This document shows, piece after piece, positions 18,292 through 29,258 of a stretch of 64,000 nt of DNA (the stretch's first letter is position 1; each line of letters begins with the position of its first letter). The DNA is taken from assembly GCA_913043225.1 (NCBI GenBank), contig CAJWLU010000001.1, forward strand, positions 352,001 to 416,000. The letters are read 5' to 3'. The translations under genes were made by a program, and so were the position numbers. Origin of the DNA: an uncultured Acidobacteriota bacterium (GTDB taxonomy: Bacteria; Acidobacteriota; Vicinamibacteria; Vicinamibacterales; UBA8438). Below the pieces are notes generated by a model. That model saw only the letters and a program-made list of their open reading frames with translations. It made no database searches and had not been told where the DNA came from.

Positions 18292-19824
18292 ATGAACAAC
18301 GCGTTGCAGCAGACGATCGAAACGCTGGCCAAGGAGAAGGGCATCGAGGCCGACGTCATCATCACGGCCATCGAGGATGCCGTACTGACGGCCTCGCGCA
18401 AGTACTACAAGGGCGACGAGAACCTGCGCACCAAGTTCAATCCTGAAACCGGACAGGTCGAGCTCTTCGCGGTGCGAACGATCGTCGATGAAGCCACGAG
18501 CCCGGAAACCGAGATCGCGCTGAGCGAGGCCCGGGAACTCTATGGGGACGAAGCCGAGGTGGGCATGGAGATCGAGTTTCCTAAGCCCACCGATGTCCTG
18601 GGGAGAATCGCCGCCCAGACCGCAAAGCAGGTCATCTTCCAGAAGGTCAGGGAGGCGGAGCGCGATAACGTCTTCGACGAGTACGGCGGCCGTCTCGGCG
18701 AGGTCGTGAACGGTCTCGTGAAGCGTTTTGAGAGCGGCGACATCGTGGTGGAAGTCGGCCGGGTCGAGGCGCTGCTGCCTCGCCGCGAGCAGTCGCGCGC
18801 CGAAAACTACTCGACTGGCGACCGGGTCCGCGCTGTCATCAAGGACGTCAACAAAAACACCAAAGGTCCCCAGATTATCCTCTCTCGCACGGACGCGGTC
18901 TTGCTCATCAAGCTTTTCGAGCAGGAGGTGCCGGAGATCTACGACGGGACGGTCGTCATCCGCGGCGCGGTCCGCGAAGCGGGCGATCGGGCAAAGGTGG
19001 CGGTGGCGTCCAAAGAACGGGAAGTGGACCCAGTGGGCGCCTGTGTCGGCATGAAGGGGACGCGGGTACAAGCGATCATTCGTGAACTTCGTGGGGAAAA
19101 GATCGACATAGTCGAGTGGTCGGATGACGCCTCGATGTTCGTGACCAACGCGATCAGCCCCGCGCGCGTGCAACGAGTGTCGGTGGTCGACGACGCCGAG
19201 CGGGTGGTCGAGGTCGTGGTCGAAGACCGGCAGCTGTCGCTCGCGATTGGCAAGAAGGGTCAGAACGTCCGTCTCGCGGCGAAGCTGACCGGTTGGAAGA
19301 TCGACATTAAGAGCGAGGAAGAGAAGCGGCGCGAGGTCGAGGCACAACTCGACGGCTTAGAGGCCGAGCCGGCGCCGCTTTCGATCCCCGGTCTCGACGA
19401 GGCGATGGTGGACAAGCTCAATGCCGCCGGCATCGAGACCGTCGAGCGGATGATCTCGGCCAGCGCCTCCGAACTCAGCGCCGTGCTCGAAATCTCCGAG
19501 GGCGCCGCCGAGGCGCTGCGTCAGGGTGCGGAAGCCGCAACGATGGCGGCTGGTGGCGCCGTAGGCAGCGGCATGACAGAGGCGATTCCGCAAGAGGGTG
19601 TGGAGCCGCTGACCCCGCCGCTCCAGGCCACGGCGAGCGAACCGGCTAACGAGACGGCGTCTGAGGCTGCCGAAGAGGACGAGTCAGTCCAGGACGAGCT
19701 AGAAACAGTCGCTTCGCCAGGCACCGACGGGCCGGAAGACGCGGCCGCGCCGGCCGAGAACGATGCGGAGCCAACAGACGACGCCGAGTCGCCAGGAGAG
19801 GAAGACACCGACAAGCCGGTCTGA
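18292..19824 (+). CDS. nusA: Transcription termination factor NusA
   Basis: GRIAAQTAKQVI, S1/KH domains, DPVGACVG, AIGKKGQNVRLA; acidic tail. Confidence 0.97.
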   Translation: MNNALQQTIETLAKEKGIEADVIITAIEDAVLTASRKYYKGDENLRTKFNPETGQVELFAVRTIVDEATSPETEIALSEARELYGDEAEVGMEIEFPKPTDVLGRIAAQTAKQVIFQKVREAERDNVFDEYGGRLGEVVNGLVKRFESGDIVVEVGRVEALLPRREQSRAENYSTGDRVRAVIKDVNKNTKGPQIILSRTDAVLLIKLFEQEVPEIYDGTVVIRGAVREAGDRAKVAVASKEREVDPVGACVGMKGTRVQAIIRELRGEKIDIVEWSDDASMFVTNAISPARVQRVSVVDDAERVVEVVVEDRQLSLAIGKKGQNVRLAAKLTGWKIDIKSEEEKRREVEAQLDGLEAEPAPLSIPGLDEAMVDKLNAAGIETVERMISASASELSAVLEISEGAAEALRQGAEAATMAAGGAVGSGMTEAIPQEGVEPLTPPLQATASEPANETASEAAEEDESVQDELETVASPGTDGPEDAAAPAENDAEPTDDAESPGEEDTDKPV

Positions 19825-19897
19825 CGACGGCTGTCGGCGTCGGCACGCGCATACGCGAACGCACAACGGACGTATACGGGAACGCAGAGGGTAAACG

Positions 19898-22684
19898 TTG
19901 TCCACGATCCGGATCTACAAGGTCGCCGAGGTGCTCGGAATTCCGAGCCACGATGTCATCGACCTGCTCAAACGGGAGCACGGCATCGAGGTGAAGAGCG
20001 CCTCCAGCACGATCGAGGAGATTGTCGCGCGGCAGTTCGTCGAGCGGACGGCCCGCGAGCGCAACCTGAGCCTGCCGGCCGGCCAGCTATTTGCGACCAA
20101 GCCTGCCGCCAAGAGCAAGACGAAAGGCACTAAGACCGCCAAGAGCTCTGAACCTCTGATGCGGCCGCGTCTGGGCCCGCCGCGGCTGGTCAAGGCACCG
20201 AAGCCAACACCGCCGCCTGAGGCCGAGGACGAGGTCACGGAGGAGTCAGTCGTCACGGAGCCGGAACCAACGCTGCCCGAACCGGTCACGGCGATAGAGC
20301 CAGAACCGGCGCCAGCGCCAGAACCGGCCCGCCCAGCCCGCGCAATCAAGCCGCGGCGTACCGTGCGCGTCGAGGAGCCTGGAGACGCCCCACCGCTCAC
20401 GCCTCCGTCGCCGACCGCTAGGGTGGTAAAGCCAAGACCAGCTCCACCGGTCGAACCGGCGCCACCGACGCCCAGGGAAGAAGCGCCGCCGCCCGAAGCG
20501 CCGCCGCAGGCTGCCGCGCCGGCGGCGACCGAGACACCGCCCACGGCCTCGGTCCCTCCGGCGCAGCCGGTCACACCAACCGGGCGCGTCGCGCCATCGA
20601 AATTCAAGCTGCAGGTCGAGCAGGAAGCCCCGTCGCTTAGACCACTCGAACCGGTCACCAAGATGCGTCCGACGCTCAAGCCGGCGGGGCCGGCACGGCC
20701 ACGGCCCGGCGCACGCCCGATCGGAGCAGCGCCGACCAGACCGGCCACACCTCCGGGCGCCACGCGACCGCTGCCTGGGCAGCCAGCGCGTGGCCCCGTC
20801 GGAGCCCGTCCGCCTGCCGTCGGATACCGCCCCTCGTTCCGGCCTCCGCCAAGGCCACCGCGTGGGAAGCGGCGTCCACCGAAGCCGACGACACCTCACA
20901 TACCCGCGCCGCCGCCGCCGATTACGCGCACCATCTCCCTGGCCGAAGGGATGACGGTGAAGGATCTGGCGGACAAACTTGAACTGAAGGCGAAGGACGT
21001 CCTGAAGAAGCTGATCGAACGTCGGATGATGATGACCATCAACACGACGCTCGACACCGAGACCGCCACCATGGTGGCGCGCGAATTCGGCGCTGATGTC
21101 GAGATGCACTCCTTCGAGGAGGAGATACTCGAGGTCGAGACGACCGCGGCGCAAGATGAAGACCTGGTCTCCCGCGCCCCGGTCGTGACCGTCATGGGTC
21201 ACGTCGACCACGGGAAGACCACCCTGCTGGACGCCATCCGAGATTCTCGCGTTGCCGAAGGCGAAGCCGGCGGCATCACGCAGCACATCGGCGCCTACGC
21301 AGTCGAGATCAAGAAGAAGCGAATCGTCTTCCTCGACACTCCGGGCCACGAAGCATTCACGCTGATGCGAGCCAGAGGTGCGCGTGTCACCGACGTGGTA
21401 GTACTGGTGGTAGCGGCCGACGACGGCGTTATGCCGCAGACTCGAGAGGCGATCGATCACGCGAAGGCCGCCGATGTCCCCCTCATCGTGGCTATCAACA
21501 AGATTGACAAAGCTAACGCCAATCCGGAGCGGGTAAAGACGGAACTCTCCGAGTTGGGCCTTACCGCCGAGGACTGGGGCGGCCAGACCGTCACTGTCGA
21601 AGTGTCGGCCAAACAGCAGAAGAACCTCGACCTACTTCTGGAGATGATCCTGCTCGTCACCGAACTAGGTGAGCTCAAGGCCAACCCTAAGCGCAGCGCG
21701 GCCGGAACGGTGCTTGAAGCGCAGGTGGACCGCGGGCGTGGTCCAGTCGCCACCATCCTCGTCAAGGACGGCACCCTCCGAGTGGGCGACAATTTCATTG
21801 CCGGCCCTATTGTCGGGAAAGTCCGTGCCCTCTACGACGACCGGGGTCAACAGCAGACCGAAGCCGGTCCATCGAGCCCAATTAAGGTCCTGGGCCTGAC
21901 CGGGCTTCCACAGCCCGGAGACACGTTCCAGGGGGTGGAGGACGCCGCGAAGGCACGCCAGATCTCGATGCTGCGCCAACAGCAGGTAAAGGAGAAGACC
22001 CTCGGCGAGAAGGGCGGCCGCCTGACACTCGAGTCACTCCAGGAGCAGGTCGCAGAAGGCGGCACCAAGGAGCTGCCGATCATCGTGAAGGCCGACGTGC
22101 AGGGTTCGGCCGAGGTACTGGCCGATGCTCTGAGCAAGCTGGGCGACGAGCGCGTCAAGGTTCGCCTCCTCAGCAGCGGCGCCGGCGCCGTCAACGAAGG
22201 CGATGTGGTCTTTGCCGCAGCCTCGAATGCCGTGATCATCGGGTTCAACGTCAGACCGGACCGGAACGCCGCGGCTATGGCCGAGCGTGAGCAGATCGAC
22301 ATTAGGCTGCACCGGGTCATCTACGACGTGACTGAAGAGATCAAGCAGGCCATGGCCGGGCTGCTGGACCCGACGGTAAAGGAAATCCAGGTCGGCCAGG
22401 CCGAGGTGCGGGACGTCTTCAAGGTACCCAAGTTCGGCGCTGCGGCCGGCTGTCTTGTCATCGAGGGCAAGATCACGCGCACCGGTGAGACCCAGGCTCG
22501 TCTCCTGCGAGATAACGTCGTGATCCACGAGGGCCGGATCGGCTCGCTGCGACGGTTCAAGGACGATGTCAGTGAGGTAAAGAACGGTCTGGAGTGCGGC
22601 ATCGCATTCGAGCGGTATGCCGACATCAAGGTGGGCGACGTGATCGAGATCTTCAGCACCGAGAAGATCGCGGCCACGGTCTGA
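19898..22684 (+). CDS. infB: Translation initiation factor IF-2
   Basis: [34 protein letters not shown]; Pro-rich N-domain; TTG start. Confidence 0.98.
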   Translation: MSTIRIYKVAEVLGIPSHDVIDLLKREHGIEVKSASSTIEEIVARQFVERTARERNLSLPAGQLFATKPAAKSKTKGTKTAKSSEPLMRPRLGPPRLVKAPKPTPPPEAEDEVTEESVVTEPEPTLPEPVTAIEPEPAPAPEPARPARAIKPRRTVRVEEPGDAPPLTPPSPTARVVKPRPAPPVEPAPPTPREEAPPPEAPPQAAAPAATETPPTASVPPAQPVTPTGRVAPSKFKLQVEQEAPSLRPLEPVTKMRPTLKPAGPARPRPGARPIGAAPTRPATPPGATRPLPGQPARGPVGARPPAVGYRPSFRPPPRPPRGKRRPPKPTTPHIPAPPPPITRTISLAEGMTVKDLADKLELKAKDVLKKLIERRMMMTINTTLDTETATMVAREFGADVEMHSFEEEILEVETTAAQDEDLVSRAPVVTVMGHVDHGKTTLLDAIRDSRVAEGEAGGITQHIGAYAVEIKKKRIVFLDTPGHEAFTLMRARGARVTDVVVLVVAADDGVMPQTREAIDHAKAADVPLIVAINKIDKANANPERVKTELSELGLTAEDWGGQTVTVEVSAKQQKNLDLLLEMILLVTELGELKANPKRSAAGTVLEAQVDRGRGPVATILVKDGTLRVGDNFIAGPIVGKVRALYDDRGQQQTEAGPSSPIKVLGLTGLPQPGDTFQGVEDAAKARQISMLRQQQVKEKTLGEKGGRLTLESLQEQVAEGGTKELPIIVKADVQGSAEVLADALSKLGDERVKVRLLSSGAGAVNEGDVVFAAASNAVIIGFNVRPDRNAAAMAEREQIDIRLHRVIYDVTEEIKQAMAGLLDPTVKEIQVGQAEVRDVFKVPKFGAAAGCLVIEGKITRTGETQARLLRDNVVIHEGRIGSLRRFKDDVSEVKNGLECGIAFERYADIKVGDVIEIFSTEKIAATV

Positions 22685-22730
22685 CCTCACCGCTGACTCA
22701 CACCCGAGGCCACTGGCGAGCGGGGTCGAC

Positions 22731-23012
22731 ATGATCGTCGGGCTGCTTTCCGTCGAGCTCCACATCAGAGGCGCACGGTCCCTGAAGGACAAGCGCGCAG
22801 TCCTGCGCCGACTCAAGGATCGACTCAGCCGTCTAAACGTCGCCGTGGCCGAAGTCGACCATCACGATCTACGCCAGCGGGCCGAGCTGGCTCTAGTGAC
22901 GGTCGGGGTCGACCAGGAGATCGCGGAGCGGACCCTCGATACGGTGATCAACGAGGTCGAACGCCTGGAACCTGGCCTCCTTGTGCGGAGCGAGAGCGAG
23001 TGGCTCACCTGA
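22731..23012 (+). CDS. DUF503 (YlxP-like) protein
   Basis: SLKDKR...NVAVAEVD; canonical position between infB and rbfA. Confidence 0.9.
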   Translation: MIVGLLSVELHIRGARSLKDKRAVLRRLKDRLSRLNVAVAEVDHHDLRQRAELALVTVGVDQEIAERTLDTVINEVERLEPGLLVRSESEWLT

Positions 23013-23022
23013 GCGAACCGAC

Positions 23023-23433
23023 GTGGAGAAACCGAAACCGTCACGCGGAGCACGACTGGGAGACCAGATCCGGGCCGAACTCGCTCTGATCCTGCAACGC
23101 TCGGCGCGGGACCCAGCGCTACGGTTGATCACGATCACCCATGTCAGGCTGACCCGAGACCTCCAGAGCGCCCGGGTGTTCTACACGAGCCTGAACGACA
23201 ACGCCGACCCACGGCAGACGGCGCAAGGACTCCGCCGTGCCGCTCCGTATCTGCGCGGCCAGCTGGCGCAGCGGATTCGCCTCCGCCACGTGCCAGGGCT
23301 TACCTTCGAGTACGACGAGTCGCTCGAACGCGAGCAACGGGTAGCCGAAATGCTGGAGTCACTACGAGATGAAACCGCGGCGCCAGAAGACGGGTCGCCT
23401 GCAGACACGACACCCGACACAGACGATGCCTGA
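23023..23433 (+). CDS. rbfA: 30S ribosome-binding factor RbfA
   Basis: RDP...ITITHVRLTRDLQSARVF...LRHVPGLTFEYDES; start uncertain. Confidence 0.92.
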   Translation: MEKPKPSRGARLGDQIRAELALILQRSARDPALRLITITHVRLTRDLQSARVFYTSLNDNADPRQTAQGLRRAAPYLRGQLAQRIRLRHVPGLTFEYDESLEREQRVAEMLESLRDETAAPEDGSPADTTPDTDDA

Positions 23434-24418
23434 ACTTGCACAAGAGGTTGCCCAAATCTGCGATCTGATCAGCACCGGACAGCGCTTTCTTCTCAGCTCG
23501 CACGCGCGCCCAGACGGAGACTCTCTCGGCAGCCAACTCGCTCTCGGAGCAGCCTTGGATCAACTTGGCAAAGGGGTGCGGATCGTCAACGCCGACCCGG
23601 CGCCGGACCTGTACGGCTTCCTCCCGGACGTCTCACGAATCGAGGTGAGCACGTCGCTCGATCCGACCAAGGTCGATGCCCTCGTCGTGCTGGAGTGCGG
23701 CACCCTGGCCCGCACCGGCGTCGAGGGGCTTGCCCGCTACCGGGTCGTCAACATCGATCACCATGCGGGCAACGCGATGTTTGGCGCCATCAACTGGCAC
23801 GACGCCTCGGCGTGCGCCTGCGCCGAGCTGGTCTTCGAGCTAATTGACGCCCTCGGTGTCCAGCTGACGCCGGCGATGGCCACGCAGCTCTATGTCGCGA
23901 TCCTGACCGACACCGGCTCGTTCCGGCATGCCAACATCACGGATCGCACCTTCGAAATCTGCCGTCGCATCGCGGCCACCGGGGTGGAACCGGCAGCAAT
24001 CGCGGCTCAGGTCTACAACAACGGGAGCCTGGGCCGTCTCCGCCTGACCGGCATGCTGCTCGACCGCATGGAGTTCGACGACGACCACCGGATCGCCGTG
24101 CTGACGCTGACCGGAGAGATGCTGAACGCCTCCGGCTGCGCGCCGGACGATCTCGAAGGCATCGTGAACCTGCCGCTGGCCGTCCGAGACGTACAAGCGG
24201 TCGTCTTCCTCAAACACACCGGTGACGGACTCCGGGTTAGCCTCCGGTCAAAGGACGCCATTGACGTCAGGGCAGTCGCGGTCGAGTATGGCGGCGGTGG
24301 CCATCGGAATGCGGCAGGCCTCACTCTGACCGACGTCGCGGCCGAGGCCCGGGCTGCGCTGCTTGGCCGCGTGGCCGCCGCGATCGCAAAGGCCGACGGC
24401 CCATCCACAGCCGACTGA
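23426..24418 (+). CDS. nrnA: DHH/DHHA1 family oligoribonuclease/PAP phosphatase NrnA
   Basis: HARPDGDSLGS, IDHH, TDTGSF, SLRS, GGGGHRNAAG. Confidence 0.92.
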   Translation: MPELAQEVAQICDLISTGQRFLLSSHARPDGDSLGSQLALGAALDQLGKGVRIVNADPAPDLYGFLPDVSRIEVSTSLDPTKVDALVVLECGTLARTGVEGLARYRVVNIDHHAGNAMFGAINWHDASACACAELVFELIDALGVQLTPAMATQLYVAILTDTGSFRHANITDRTFEICRRIAATGVEPAAIAAQVYNNGSLGRLRLTGMLLDRMEFDDDHRIAVLTLTGEMLNASGCAPDDLEGIVNLPLAVRDVQAVVFLKHTGDGLRVSLRSKDAIDVRAVAVEYGGGGHRNAAGLTLTDVAAEARAALLGRVAAAIAKADGPSTAD

Positions 24419-25374
24419 TGGCTTCAGACGCGCCCCTTGAAGGGGTCCTCGTGGTCGATAAGCCCCAGGGACCGACGTCGCACGACGTCGTCGCCTGTGT
24501 ACGTCGGGCAACCGGGATCCGGAAGGTGGGCCATCTCGGTACGCTCGACCCAATGGCTACCGGTGTGCTCCCCGTCGCTATCGGGCGTGCCACTCGCCTC
24601 GCCCCCTGGCTGACCAGTGCGCCGAAGCAGTACCGAGCCGTCATCACGCTCGGCCGGGTCACAGACAGCTACGACATCACCGGCGCCGAGGTGGGGGGAG
24701 CATTGACGCTCAACCCCCGCGCTCTCGCCCCATCCGCCGACGCGATCGCCGACGCGCTCGACGGATTCTTGGGCGAAACCGAGCAGCTGCCCCCGCCGGT
24801 CTCGGCGAAGAAGGTCGACGGCGTCCGAGCGTATCGGCTAGCTCGCCGACAACAGCCGGTGGACTTGAAGCCGGTCCCGGTGCGTGTCGACGAGCTGAGC
24901 CTGCTCTCAGTCGACGCCTGGAAGATCAAGTGTCGAATCCGCAGTTCGAGCGGATTCTATGTTCGAGCGCTGGCCCACGATCTCGGTCAACGACTCGGTT
25001 GCGGCGGCTGTCTCGAGGCGCTGACCCGGGAGACCCATGGCCGCTTCACCCTGGCCGACGCCGTGCCGCTAGCGGAGATCGTCGACGACGAGGCCGCCCG
25101 GCATGAGATCAGGTCCCGGCTCACGACCCGTCTGATGAGGTTAGATACCCTGCTCCCTGAACTTCCGGCGGTGCAGGTGACCGATGCCGGCGCACGACGC
25201 GCTCGCCACGGGAATGCGTTGCGCCCGGCCGATCTCACCGACGGCCCTCTCTCCGGTTCGACACCGGCCATCCGGGTCCTCGACAGCGACGGTCATTTGC
25301 TGTGCCTCGCAAAACCGGCGACGGGTGGACACCTGCAGCCGCAACTGGTACTGGCGACCATCGTAAGGGAGTAA
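24418..25374 (+). CDS. truB: tRNA pseudouridine(55) synthase
   Basis: DKPQGPTSHDVV, GHLGTLDPMATGVL, SAKK, YVRALAHDLG. Confidence 0.96.
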   Translation: MASDAPLEGVLVVDKPQGPTSHDVVACVRRATGIRKVGHLGTLDPMATGVLPVAIGRATRLAPWLTSAPKQYRAVITLGRVTDSYDITGAEVGGALTLNPRALAPSADAIADALDGFLGETEQLPPPVSAKKVDGVRAYRLARRQQPVDLKPVPVRVDELSLLSVDAWKIKCRIRSSSGFYVRALAHDLGQRLGCGGCLEALTRETHGRFTLADAVPLAEIVDDEAARHEIRSRLTTRLMRLDTLLPELPAVQVTDAGARRARHGNALRPADLTDGPLSGSTPAIRVLDSDGHLLCLAKPATGGHLQPQLVLATIVRE

Positions 25375-25454
25375 GCGCAGGGTTGGTTCGATCGTCGCCG
25401 CTGGTGTACGATTAGGGGGTTGACTGAGAAGAAGGGATAACATCGTGACGACGG

Positions 25455-25508
25455 CGGTTCGGAACCCGGCGGACCACAGCCGGGCACGTCTGGACCGTTC
25501 GCGGAGGT
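25455..25508 (+). promoter_or_regulatory. Candidate rpsO (S15) autoregulatory leader RNA
   Basis: CGGTTCGGA/TCTGGACCG outer helix enclosing CCCGGC/GCCGGG hairpin, directly 5' of GGAGGT SD. Confidence 0.55.
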
Positions 25509-25516
25509 AACTAGCG

Positions 25517-25786
25517 GTGGTGCTACAGAAGGAACAGAAGACCGAGCTCATCGGCTCGTATCAGGTTCACAAGACCGACACCGGCTCTCCCGAAGTGCAG
25601 GTGGCCCTGCTCACCGAGCGGATCAGCTACCTCACCGAGCATTTCAAGACCCACGCGAAAGACCATCACTCGCGTCGGGGCCTGCTGAAGCTCGTTGGGC
25701 AGCGCCGCAGGCTCCTTGACTATCTCAAGGCCAAGGACTCAAATCGCTACGCCGACCTGATCAACCGGCTGGGTATCCGCAAGTAG
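25517..25786 (+). CDS. rpsO: 30S ribosomal protein S15
   Basis: [13 protein letters not shown]...[20 protein letters not shown]. Confidence 0.98.
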   Translation: MVLQKEQKTELIGSYQVHKTDTGSPEVQVALLTERISYLTEHFKTHAKDHHSRRGLLKLVGQRRRLLDYLKAKDSNRYADLINRLGIRK

Positions 25787-25995
25787 CGGACCGGTCGGAC
25801 CTCACGTTTTCCCGCTTCCTCGGTTCTCTGGGAGCCAGTCATGAAGGCCCACGCGGTACTCTACCGGCGTTCTGTATCGGCACACGAGGCGGGCGGTGAC
25901 GCCAGACGCTCTGGTGCGTATGGCGTCCGGCCACAGCGCGAACGGGCCGGGGAACCGACCTCACGATATCTCGGCACGTGTAGTGGAGTGACATC

Positions 25996-28107
25996 ATGCA
26001 AACAGGCGAAGTAAACGTCGGCGGCCGCCCGTTGACCATCGAAACCGGTAAGCTGGCCAAACAGGCCAACGGATCGGTCATTGTGAGACAGGGAGACACC
26101 ATGGTGCTCGTGACGGCGTGCTATGCGCCCAACGAGCGGGAGGGCATCGACTTTCTTCCCCTGACCGTGGACTATCGCGAGAACACCTACGCCTCAGGAC
26201 GAATCCCCGGAGGCTTCTTCAAGCGAGAGGGCAAACCTCCTGAAAAAGAGGTCCTGACGAGCCGTCTTATCGACCGGCCGATTCGCCCGCTCTTCCCGGA
26301 TGGATGGCGGCGAGAGACCCAGGTAGTTGCCTTCGTCATCTCCGCGGACAAGGAGAACGACTCGGACGTGCTGGCGCTCACAGGCGCGTCCGCTGCGCTC
26401 GCGCTCTCTGAAGTTCCATTCCAGGCAACGATTGCCGCTGTGCGTGTCGGTCTCGTCGATGACGAGCTCATCATCAACCCGACCTACGAACAGCGGCGAC
26501 AGGGACGGCTCGACCTCACGGTCGCGGGGAGCAAGGATGCGCTCGTCATGGTCGAAGCGGGGGCAAAGGAAGTCTCCGAAGAAGACATGGTGCGGGCACT
26601 CGATGCAGGCCATGCTGCCATCCGAGACATCATCGGCACGATCGATACGCTGGCTGCCAGCGCGGGCAAGGCAAAACTTGAGATCAGTGCCCCCACACCG
26701 GATCCGGAGGTCACCTCGGAGGTCGAAGCCAAGCTGCTTGGTCCACTGGCAGACGCCATGCGGATCCAGGACAAGCTGGAGAGCTACGCGGCGGTCGACA
26801 AGGTCCTGAACGACCACCTAAAAACACTTCCGGAAGAGGACTCCGCTCGCCGCGCCGACACCAAGTCGGTCTTCAAGGCGCTCAAGGAAAAAGTACTGCG
26901 AGACGAAATACTGGACCGCGGTCAGCGTCTGGACGGTCGGGCATTTGACGAGATCAGGACGATCACGTGCGATGTGGGCCTGCTCCCGCGCGCGCACGGA
27001 TCAGCGGTGTTCACCCGGGGTGAAACCCAGGCGCTGGTCACCTCCACACTCGGCACGGCTGACGACCAACAAAAGGTCGAAATGGTCGACGGCGAGATCT
27101 ACCGGCGCTTCATGCTGCACTACAACTTTCCACCATTTTCGGTGGGTGAGGTCAAGTTTCTCAGGGGCCCGGGCCGCCGAGAGATCGGTCACGGGAACCT
27201 GGCCGAGCGCAGCCTGCTGCCGGTCGTACCCGGCGAGGAGACCTTCCCGTACACCGTAAGAGTCGTCTCCGACATCCTCGAGTCGAACGGCTCGTCATCG
27301 ATGGCGTCGGTGTGCGGCGGCACGCTTGCCATGATGGACGCCGGCGTCCCCCTGAAGGCGCCGGTGGCGGGCGTGGCCATGGGCCTCATTCTGGATGAGG
27401 CGACCGGCCGGCACGCCGTCCTGAGCGACATCGCCGGGGCCGAAGACCACTACGGTGACATGGACTTCAAGGTAGCCGGCACCGCCGATGGCATCACGGC
27501 GCTACAGATGGACATCAAGGTCGGCGGCATCACGGGCGACATCATGCGTCAGGCACTGGCCCAGGCCCGCGCAGGTCGCATACACATCCTCGAGCGGATG
27601 GCCGCCACGCTGCAGGATCCGCGTGAGACCATCTCCACCCACGCGCCGCGTATCGTGACGATCCAGATTCCGGTCGACAAGATCCGTGACATTATCGGCC
27701 CGGGTGGCAAGACCATTCGCAGCATCGTTCAGCGCACCGGGGTCAAGATCGACGTCGAGGACGACGGTCGGGTCAACGTGGCGTCGAGTGACGATGAGTC
27801 GGCACAGAAGGCCCTCTCGATCATCGAAGAACTGACGGCCACACCGGAGCTGAACAAGAGCTACCTCGGCACGGTGCAGCGGATCACCGACTTCGGCGCG
27901 TTTGTCGAAGTTCTCCCAGGAGTTGACGGACTCCTCCACATCTCCGAAATCGCCCACTATCGGGTGAAGGAGGTACGCGACGAGCTCCAGGAGGGAGACC
28001 AGGTGCTCGTGAAGGTGATCAACGTCGACCCGTCAGGAAAAATCCGCCTGAGCCGGAAGGCACTGCTGGACAAATCGGAAGCTGCCGGAAAGCCGACGCA
28101 GTCGTAA
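25996..28107 (+). CDS. pnp: Polyribonucleotide nucleotidyltransferase (PNPase)
   Basis: [39 protein letters not shown] and S1 domains. Confidence 0.98.
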   Translation: MQTGEVNVGGRPLTIETGKLAKQANGSVIVRQGDTMVLVTACYAPNEREGIDFLPLTVDYRENTYASGRIPGGFFKREGKPPEKEVLTSRLIDRPIRPLFPDGWRRETQVVAFVISADKENDSDVLALTGASAALALSEVPFQATIAAVRVGLVDDELIINPTYEQRRQGRLDLTVAGSKDALVMVEAGAKEVSEEDMVRALDAGHAAIRDIIGTIDTLAASAGKAKLEISAPTPDPEVTSEVEAKLLGPLADAMRIQDKLESYAAVDKVLNDHLKTLPEEDSARRADTKSVFKALKEKVLRDEILDRGQRLDGRAFDEIRTITCDVGLLPRAHGSAVFTRGETQALVTSTLGTADDQQKVEMVDGEIYRRFMLHYNFPPFSVGEVKFLRGPGRREIGHGNLAERSLLPVVPGEETFPYTVRVVSDILESNGSSSMASVCGGTLAMMDAGVPLKAPVAGVAMGLILDEATGRHAVLSDIAGAEDHYGDMDFKVAGTADGITALQMDIKVGGITGDIMRQALAQARAGRIHILERMAATLQDPRETISTHAPRIVTIQIPVDKIRDIIGPGGKTIRSIVQRTGVKIDVEDDGRVNVASSDDESAQKALSIIEELTATPELNKSYLGTVQRITDFGAFVEVLPGVDGLLHISEIAHYRVKEVRDELQEGDQVLVKVINVDPSGKIRLSRKALLDKSEAAGKPTQS

Positions 28108-28108
28108 C

Positions 28109-29230
28109 CTAGCCGGCTCCCGACGGATTCGCCAGCTGGGACAGCCGGCGGTCAAGCGGTGGGTGGCTGTGCCAGAACAGCTCCACCATGCGGGATGGGC
28201 TGGGTTCGGCGAGGTGCTGCTCGCCAAGCCGGCGCAGGCTCGAGGCAAGCGCCGCAGGCTCGCTGCAGTAGCGCAACGCAAACCGATCGGCCCGCCGCTC
28301 GTGACGACGCGACAGCGCGTGTCCGAGCGGCGCGGCCACGATCGCGATCCCCCCGGCGGCCAGCCCCATCAGCGGCAGCGAAGCCAGGTCGGTTGCCCCG
28401 GTCACTCCCACCAACGGCCCTGCCATTGTCGCCACACGGCCCGCGGTCCATAGCGCGGCAAGCGCCACCCCGAGCTCGTAGATCGCCGTCTGCCAGAGAT
28501 CCAGGTGGACGTGGTGGCCCAGCTCGTGGGCCGTCACCGCCTCGATCTCTGCATCCGAGTAGTCGCTGAGGAATGTCTCCGAGAGCAGAATCTGTCGGCC
28601 GGCGCCGAACCCGACGAGCAGGGCGTACGCGCGACGGCCGGGCTGTCCTACCAACAGCTCGGCGACCGGAATCGGCGGAACGCCGACGCGCTCCGCCAGC
28701 GCCGTAAGTCGGCGTTGTAAGGCCGGGCGCTCCAGGGGCCGGGTGGTTGAGACCCACGGAAGGATCCAGCCTGGCGCCAAGGTGGTAATCGCGAGCGTAG
28801 TCAACGAGAACAGCACCCCGCACACGACCCACCACACCTGGGGCCACCAGAACCGAGCCGTGAAGACGACCGTCGCGGCAACCGCCACCAGTGCCACGTT
28901 CAATACCGAGGTGGTGAGCGTAGTTCTCAACCAGCTGAACGCGCGGGGCTCGGACAACCGGTAGCGTCGCTCCAGGATGACGCCCTGATAGAACCGAAAC
29001 GGAAAGAGCCACGCCTCGAGGGCGAGCCAAACAAGCCCGCCGTAGCAAGTCGGCCCATACCAGGGGGAGGCCCCGCCCGGACCGCCGGGCCAGAGAGTGA
29101 GCGTATCTCGCAGGGAAGCGGCGCCCCCCTCGACGAGGAACCCAACCAGGAGAGTCAATCCGCCAAGCACCGCGCCCGAACGGGCGCGACGACGCTGCCG
29201 GTGATAGCGAGTGGACTTGCCTTCGTTCAC
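28109..29230 (-). CDS. M48 family (Ste24-like) integral membrane zinc protease
   Basis: Multiple TM helices, AHELGH, ERRAD, SHPP. Confidence 0.88.
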   Translation of the reverse strand: MNEGKSTRYHRQRRRARSGAVLGGLTLLVGFLVEGGAASLRDTLTLWPGGPGGASPWYGPTCYGGLVWLALEAWLFPFRFYQGVILERRYRLSEPRAFSWLRTTLTTSVLNVALVAVAATVVFTARFWWPQVWWVVCGVLFSLTTLAITTLAPGWILPWVSTTRPLERPALQRRLTALAERVGVPPIPVAELLVGQPGRRAYALLVGFGAGRQILLSETFLSDYSDAEIEAVTAHELGHHVHLDLWQTAIYELGVALAALWTAGRVATMAGPLVGVTGATDLASLPLMGLAAGGIAIVAAPLGHALSRRHERRADRFALRYCSEPAALASSLRRLGEQHLAEPSPSRMVELFWHSHPPLDRRLSQLANPSGAG

Positions 29231-29258
29231 GGCCGGTCGGCGGCAGGTCGTCTATGGA

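Noticed and set aside
17827..19347. 506-aa antisense ORF (and similar long shadows at 20246-21460, 33303-34412, 39101-40213, 58109-59275)
   Set aside because: They mirror well-conserved genes on the other strand; expected from high-GC codon bias and show no motifs
20100..20930. Repetitive Pro/Ala-rich DNA in infB
   Set aside because: Ordinary low-complexity IF-2 N-terminal linker, not a repeat array
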